Source of the DNA: Lepidodermella squamata
Lineage: Eukaryota > Animalia > Gastrotricha
NCBI GenBank assembly: GCA_047495785.1
Contig: JBLDXI010000050.1
Coordinates: forward strand, 248,001 to 312,000
Direction: 5' to 3'
Length of the DNA stretch: 64,000 bases
The first letter of the stretch is position 1, and every line of letters starts with the position of its first letter. Shown one piece after another: positions 61,684 to 64,000 of the stretch. The notes beneath the pieces were generated by a model. That model had not been told where the DNA came from. It did not search any database and worked only from the letters and a program-made list of their open reading frames with translations. The position numbers were made by a program, and so were the translations under genes.

Positions 61684-61944
61684 ATGACATTCATCTCTTT
61701 GCTGCCAACTTATCAATTGAGCCATGTAAAGGGACTGCACGAGCTGAAGCCGCTGTATATCGGAGCTTGTGCCTCAATGACGCTATATCCGGCTTTGATT
61801 TTGATTGCCATCATAACAATGGGACAGCCAGTGACTGAGAGAACTGCGGTTTCTTTTGGCTTGCGGATCATTTCTGGTGTAAGTGCTGTCGCGTGGCATT
61901 GGCGATGGAAGGTTGACAAAATAATGGTCTACTTTTTACCTTAA
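61684..61944 (+). pseudogene. 3' fragment (TM6-7) of a duplicate of the class C GPCR
   Basis: ISLLPTYQLSHVKGLHELKPLYIGACASMTLYPALIL.. matches 47485-47720; similarity continues into the 3' flank. Confidence 0.88.
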
Positions 61945-62457
61945 TGATGGGAATAACCTAATAATCAATCTTGTGCGTCTCGTGCAGTTGTCCGTGAAAA
62001 ATATTATAAATTGTTTCCAATTTTGCATTCCTCATGCAAATATTTTGTATCTGAAAATCAGGGTTCAAATGAACTCCAGAAATCCAAGAGAGACTATTTC
62101 ATATTTATATGGTATGAGTAAAGAGTTCATATCTAAACGGAGCCGGAGGCGAGTTGAGATGAGTAACTCGAGTGCAGCAACTATCAAATGTTGACTATCG
62201 AATTGGCCCAGCAACTCTCTAGCTATATTGTTGAGGACAATTCTATATTTTATATTTTCAAATTGACGAATTTCAAATCACCTATGTTAAGTTCTTGGAA
62301 GTTTTTATACACCATGACGAATTATCTAACAAATGTATTATGAGTAATAGAAACTTGGCTATCCCGCTTTTAAAAGCAACGTGATTTAGTCAGAAGGTTT
62401 CGCATAGTTAATGCGACTCCATGCTAGATTGCGTGGCCAGTTAACTTCTTAACTAAG

Positions 62458-62502
62458 GTCTCGGATGAGTCTCTTGGCCGAGACGAAACGTATACGTCAG
62501 AC
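62458..62502 (+). ncRNA. Minimal type I hammerhead ribozyme-like motif (Penelope-type)
   Basis: Stem I GTCT/AGAC; core CGGATGA..GAAA; stem II GTCTC/GAGAC; palindromic stem III ACGTATACGT; GUC cleavage triplet at 62496-62498. Confidence 0.7.
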
Positions 62503-62840
62503 ATTCAACGCAACAACGCAAATTATGTATAAACACGTGATAATTACAACCTGCTTTTGTGCAGGATTGTCGGTAGCTAAATTAAGCAGTAGATAAAATT
62601 ATATTCAGAGGGGTTTTTTATTCGCTACACTTCGAACAGTATGTACTGTAATTAGTATATTGTTGCTCGAAAATAGCACTTTCTATAAAAAATGCAATAA
62701 GTTTCTATTCGTTCGTAAATTCTATATTTGTATGGTATGACATGAGTAAAACGTTTATAAAACGTACGGAGCCGCCCGAGATTTACGAGTCGGAACGAGT
62801 CGAAGACGAGTGGAGATGAGTAAATCGAGTGCGGCGAGTT
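62459..62840 (+). repeat. 382-bp direct repeat, copy 2
   Basis: Appears identical to 59969-60350. Confidence 0.95.
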
Positions 62841-63393
62841 CAGATATGAACGATTTACGAATGTTATACCGTAAAATATCGAATTGTCAAAGCTACTCGA
62901 CCTATATTTTTGACGACAATTCTATATTTTTGTACTGTATATCTAGCACAAATCACACTTGTATTTTTCTTGCACACTTGATTTTTGAATCTGTGCAAAT
63001 GGCAGAACTTTTAAGCCATTCGCAATTGTGACTTAGTTTATTTGTTGAATTGAATGGAAGGGTTCGGCTCCTCGTGAGGTCAAGCCGTTTTTTCTTCTCG
63101 TTTTTGCACGCATTTTTTGTAGGGAAAATCGGGCTGTACATTTTTTATTTTTTATTCGAATTCATACTAAATACACTAATGTAAACTCTAAAACCCTTCA
63201 AAATTGAAGAAGGAGTGGGATAAATTCTCATTTTGCTGTCTGCCCCGTAACCATGGACATTCAGAAAAAGCACAGCATACGTCTAAACATTCAGCCACAT
63301 CTACCATGAACTCCTCGCTTGCAGAATCGGGGCTTAGTAAGTCGCATGGCATATCTTTTCACCATTTCCCGTTACCCAGCGGCCAACCTTGCT

Positions 63394-63863
63394 TCAAAAG
63401 ACCAGACATGGCCTGAGCGCATGGCCCTTCGGAGGCACGCGATGTAGTAGCTGAGAAAAGATTTCTTCGTCATACTTGCCAGACATGATGTCTTTTGCAA
63501 TAAAATGCGCCCATATGTGAAATGGCACCCTGTTCTCGCAGACTGCAAGCGATCCCAAGGTATCGATGCATTTTCTTAAGCGAAGTTCGCACACGACGTC
63601 TCGATCATAACTTTCTTTCAGCAAATCCCGTACGCTTAGTTTCAGCGTTCGCGTCTTCTTGGCTATTCAGAAAAGACTGAAGTAGAAAATCTTGAAATGA
63701 GAATGCTAAACGTCTTACCAGATAAGTTCCATCTTCTGCGTGATTGATTCGATTCTGCATCGATTACATCATTCGGAGCTGCCGGCTGTGTAATAGATGT
63801 TGGCTGAGTTATAGCTACAGCAGCCAGTGTACTGATAAAAATATACCATGGGAGGAAAGTCAT
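63394..63863 (-). CDS. Paralog of the small secreted four-Cys protein, C-terminally truncated
   Basis: Intron 63663-63718 in the same position. A net ~14-nt insertion after RPC creates a TGA, while homology continues to ~63300. Confidence 0.65.
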
Positions 63864-64000
63864 TTGAAAATGTGAAGGCTAGAAAGCTGCGTATGACAGT
63901 GGCGCCTTTTATACGCAGCTTTCCAGCCTTCAAATTTCAATTATTCGCCCGAATCGAAAGATAATTCATGTTATGATATGTTAAACTATGGGCTTAAACT

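Overview
Eukaryotic, most likely invertebrate-metazoan, genomic DNA with mostly ~50-nt GT-AG introns. Many ORF-track entries are therefore exons that I joined by hand. Positions 1-30 kb hold a tandem array of seven paralogous minus-strand six-exon genes for predicted cell-surface glycoproteins: signal peptide, two CCP/sushi-like modules, LamG/ConA-like domain, L-type-lectin-like domain, Ser/Thr stalk, SEA domain, GPI-type tail. Two copies are C-terminally damaged. Next come a prolyl 4-hydroxylase alpha gene (plus a pseudogene fragment), a bulb-type lectin, and two tandem genes that splice an ERGIC-53/VIP36-like L-type lectin domain in frame onto a complete Cys-loop ligand-gated ion channel. 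These fusions are the most striking feature, and one carries a single TAG at a conserved Trp. They are followed by tRNA-Arg(ACG), a predicted secreted CCP-CCP-LDLa-ankyrin protein, a GABA-B-like class C GPCR, an intron-containing Sola-like transposase, several TIR elements with clear TSDs, LINE fragments, a duplicated 382-bp segment starting with a Penelope-type minimal hammerhead ribozyme, and a duplicated small secreted protein. All domain assignments come from motif recognition by eye, not database searches.
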